DNA of 64,000 nucleotides from Octopus sinensis. Lineage: Eukaryota. Made by a program: the position numbers and the translations under genes. Shown one piece after another: positions 59,726 to 64,000 of this stretch. The first letter of the stretch is position 1, and each line of letters opens with the position of its first letter. The stretch covers positions 14,260,001 to 14,324,000 of the forward strand of contig NC_043007.1 of assembly GCF_006345805.1 (NCBI RefSeq), written 5' to 3'. The notes beneath the pieces are model-generated. The model made no database searches. It was not told where the DNA came from and was given only the letters and a program-made list of their open reading frames with translations.

Positions 59726-62224
59726 ATCATTTAATATCCACTCTTCATGCTGGAATGGGTTGGAGACAATTCAACAGGATCCAATGAGTTAGAGAACCTA
59801 GTGTGCCTGTATCTATTTTAGCACAGTTTCTATGGCTGGATGTCCTCCCTAACATCAATTACTTTACAGGATGTATTGAGTGCTTTGAGTGGCTGTGTGG
59901 TAAGTAGCTTGCTTACCAACCACATGGTTCCGGGTTCAGTCCCATTGTGTGGCACTGCGTGCAAGTACCTTCTACTATAGTCTCGGGCCGACCAAAGCCT
60001 TGTGACTAGATTTGGCAGATATAAACTGAAAGAAGCTGGTCGTATATGTGTGTGTGTTTGTCCCCTGACAACCGATGCTGGTATATTTACGACCCCGTAA
60101 CTTAGTGGTTCAGCAAAAAGAGATCGATAATATAAGTACTAGGTCTTGGAGTGTCTGCAAAGGTTATGGGCTCTGTCTCTTTTTCCAGTCTCAGCAAGAT
60201 AAAAAAAATATTCATAGAATCAGTTAAGCCTTCAGTCAAACTGTCCAACCCATGCCAGCATGGAAAGCAGACATTAAACGATGATGATGATGTTGATGAT
60301 GAACACTGCGTGGCACCTTGGGCCAGTGTCCTCTACTATAGCCCCAGGATGGCCAATGCCTTGCAAGTGGACTTGGTAGGTGGAAACTGAAAGAAGCCCA
60401 TCATGTGTGTGTGTTACTGTCTCTTTCCCTTTACATTGCATGATACTCTCTCTCTTTTCTCTTTTACTTGTTTCAGCCATTTGACTGCGGCCATGCTGGA
60501 GCACCGCCTTTAGTCGAGCAAATCGACCCTGGGACTTATTCTTTGTAAGCCCAGTACTTATTCTATCGGTTTCTTTTGCCGAACCGCTAAGTGACGGGGA
60601 CGTAAACACACCAGCATCAGCTGTCAAGCAATGCTAGAGGGACAAACACAGACACACAAACATATACACTCACATACATAAATATATATATATATATATA
60701 CATATATACGACAAGCTTCTTTCAGTTTCCGTCTACCAAATCCACTCACAAGGCTTTGGTCGGCCCGAGGCTATAGCAGAAGACACTTGCCCAAGATGCC
60801 ATGCAGTGGGACTGAACCCGGAACCATGTGGTTTGTAAGCAAGGTACTTACCACACAGCCACTCCTGCGCCTATAATAGTTGTAAATGTGTGTCAATGTT
60901 TCCAGCATTCTGTGGAAAGATATATGGTCATAGGATAATATTATCTTATTTGGAAACAGGAAGGGTACTGGCCACAGGAAATCTGCCTCAACAAATTTTG
61001 TTCAATCCATATGAGCTTTCCATGCTGGCATGGGTGAGACAGTTTGACAGGTGATGTTCAGCCGGAGAGCTGTCCAATAGTGAAAGTAGTATATAATGAT
61101 GTTTCATCTCTTCAGAAAATATGTACTGGGATCAATTTATTCAACAAAACCCTTAACCCTTTCGTTACTGTATTTATTTTGAGATGTTCTGTGTTTCTTT
61201 CAATTACTTTAAATATAACAAAGAATTTAGTAAAATAACTTAGTTATCATTCAGCTTGTATTAGGAACATAAAATTGTGACTAAGGTTTGGTGGAAGATT
61301 TTAATTGAAACCTTAAGAAAACAAGACATTTGTACTACAGAACCAGAGCCGGTTTCAGCCGGGTTGGTACCAAAAGGGTTAAAGGCAATACCCCAACACA
61401 GCCACAATCCAAAGGCTGAAGCATATTAAAAAAATATATGCTGTTATGTCAAGTTCGAACTGCTATTGGAACCGTATTACCCAGTAGAACCTGTCTCATG
61501 GTGAACAACTAAAAACCCCAACCAACCACTTAGTTTACTGAATAAGGAAGGTGCAGAGTATGGATCAAGATTTTAAAACTTGCCAAAGGATGGAAGAGCT
61601 TCTTACAGAGGATCCAAAGATCAACAATAGCTAGAGGGAAGACAAGATCCACCAGGATATCTGCCTACCGAGGCACAACATTATGAAACATAAATGAGAA
61701 TTGGTTGGCTCTTCATCATCAGCATCAGCATCATCTTAATGCCCACTCTTACATGCTTGCATGGATCAGATGGAGTTGAGGCAGATTTTTTGACAGCCAG
61801 ATGTCCTTCCTGTAACAAACCCTCATTTGTTTCCAAACCAAGTAATATTTCCCCCGTAGCCAGACATGTTTTTGCAGAATACTGGAAATGAATGACATTG
61901 ACCGTATGACAGTGACAAACATTTCACAACTACCATACAATGGCAAGACAAGGAGACACAAATGCACACACACACATAGATATCATCATCATCATCATCA
62001 TCATCATCATTTAACGTCCGTTTTCCATGCTAGCATGGGTTGAACGGTTCGACCGGGGTCTGGGAAGCCAGGAGGCTGCACCAGGCTCCAGTCTGATCTG
62101 GCAGTGTTTCTACAGCTGGATGCCTTTCCTAACACCAACCACTCCGTGAGTGTAGTGGGTGCTTTTTACGTGCCGCCGGCACAGGTGCCAGGGGAGGCTG
62201 GCAACGGCCACAATGAGTTAATAT

Positions 62225-62570
62225 ATCTATTGGATCATCCCATAGATAATGTTTTTTTCAATTGCATAAAATAGAGGAGACCGAGGGGGAACAGAATGAA
62301 CTACCTACATCAATTTGCTATAAATCCAGGTATTAATTTCACCTTGTCCTTATTCTTAGTGCATGTTTTGAAGAGTGCAGTTCGATTTTAACAGTTATTT
62401 TTTCAAAGCTATAATGGAAGTGACAAAGGAGCATATTCAGCATATTTTGCTGAGTTCAATAAAGGCAACAACACAAGGGAGAGTGCAAGGAACATTAATG
62501 CAGTATATGGGAATACGACAATAAGCGTAAGCCAGTATCAATGGTGGTTCCAGAAATTCTGAGCTGAAAT
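62225..62570 (+). mobile_element. Mariner transposase 5' remnant
   Basis: From the ATG at 62414: MEVTKEHIQHIL/EFNKGNNTRESARNINAVYGNTTISVSQYQWWFQKF*, resembling a Mos1-like N-terminal HTH, with a frameshift and a stop. Confidence 0.7.
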
Positions 62571-64000
62571 TTATTATTGTGTATCATTATAACATGATTT
62601 TATAGTCTGAGTATATTGGAGTATTCCAATGGAAAATAATGTTATCCTTGTATTGTCCTTTTGTACACCCTGATGATTTTCCACCCAAGGTATTTTAAAA
62701 TGCAAAATTATATATTTATACATGCTTTGTAGTTTTAATTTTGGTTGTGAAATGAAACAATTGTAGGTGAAGATGTTAATTAATTAATAAATTAATTTGT
62801 ATCCATTAGATCTCTCCGTTCTGAAACTTAATGATATTATACATATATATCTATTATATCAAATCCATTCTGTCTGTCTGTGTGTGTGTCTTCTAGAATC
62901 TCAAGCATTCTCCATCCAATTGCGCTCAAATTTGATATGTAGATACCGATGGTATCAGGGCGTGTATAAGTCTTGAAAAACATTACAAAAATCAATTCCA
63001 GGTGAGAATGCAATCGTTAAAGCTGTTGGAACATGCATTTGTACGCACAAGTACATCAGCTGTTGCGATCGATACTACGCGTACGCAAGAAAAATGCACA
63101 GTGTCTCAAATTTAGGTTAAATCAGTGTTTCTCAAAGGGGAGGCCTATGGGACGGTTGGACAAGTTGTTTTGAGAAAATTTGGTTTAAATGTTTGACAAC
63201 TCAGCACCGTCCATTGGATGGGAGGCATTTTGCTCGTATATATATATATGATGGGCTTCTTTCAGTTTCTGTCCACATGGCTTTGGTTGGCCCAAAGCTA
63301 CAGAAAGAAGTACTTGCCCAAGGTGCGATGCAATGGAACTGAACCTGGTACCGTGTGGTTAGGAAACAAACCTTTTAGTACACACCATGCGTGCAGCTGA
63401 TTACTGAGAATAATGCAGAGGAGCAGTTGCACTTCTTATTGTGTACCTACAGCTTTCTTAGGATATAGATTTTAGATGAAAGTAGGAAGTGAGAGGGAAG
63501 ACAGGTGGCTGTGCAGTTAAGAAGTTCGCTTACCAGCCATAGGTTTCCAGGTTCAATTCCACAGTGCAGCACTTTGAGCAAATGTCTTCTACTACAGCCC
63601 CGAGCTGACCAAAGCCTTGAAGTAGATTTGATAGAAGTAAATTGAAAGAAGCTTGTCATATGTGTGTGTGCATGTGTGTGTACCCTTGTATTCAATGGTG
63701 ACGGTCATTTGCAACCATCAAGCTTCCGTGCCAGTGGCACATAAAAGGCACCATTCAAGTGTGATCATTACTAGCGTCGCCTTACTGGCACTCGAGGCCA
63801 TGCTAGTAGGGTATTAAGAGCACCATCCGAGCGTGATTGTTGCCAGAGTGGCTATCTGGCCTCCGTGCCGGTGGCACATAAAAGCACCCACTACACTCTT
63901 GGAGTGGTTGGCATTAGGAAGGGCATCCAGCTGTAGAAACTCTGCCAGATCAAGATTGAAGCCTGGTGTAGCCATCTGGTTCACCAGCCCTCAGTCAAAT

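Noticed and set aside
62848-63100. Fifth Helitron
   Set aside because: Has a TC-like 5' start similar to the other copies but no hairpin/CTAG 3' end was found.

Overview
AT-rich, repeat-dense animal DNA, very probably an octopus (coleoid cephalopod). This is inferred from the tRNA-derived CORE-, Meta- and V-type SINE families, the RTE tails ending in (GAT)n and the TA/AAT microsatellites; it was not confirmed by a search. One complete host gene is present: an intronless DEAD-box helicase DDX31/DBP7 (minus strand, 3724-5763) with a Myc-type AACACGTGCG E-box and an ETS site just upstream of the ATG. A second minus-strand gene is represented by a terminal coding exon (23131-23537), a probable 61-nt upstream exon (30561-30621) and a transposon-poor ~8 kb U-rich tract that looks like a very long 3' UTR. 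Most of the rest is mobile DNA: CR1, RTE, R4/Dong-like and Penelope-like retroelement pieces, a mariner remnant, hAT and piggyBac-type MITEs, non-autonomous Helitrons and several SINE families. The most notable structures are: (i) an ORF-less 362-bp head-to-tail repeat (58445-59206) carrying minimal type I hammerhead ribozymes with a U3-A8 covariant core, i.e. retrozyme or Penelope-pLTR-like architecture; (ii) a Penelope-like element whose terminal hammerhead has a non-canonical CUGUUGA core; (iii) a 3.8-kb satellite grown from a 66-bp module of the RTE 3' UTR, containing an exact 15-unit higher-order duplication; (iv) repeated use of one SINE's microsatellite linker as a landing pad. The region ~33-38.2 kb shows indel and homopolymer noise suggesting unpolished long-read sequence. 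Most repeat boundaries are approximate.
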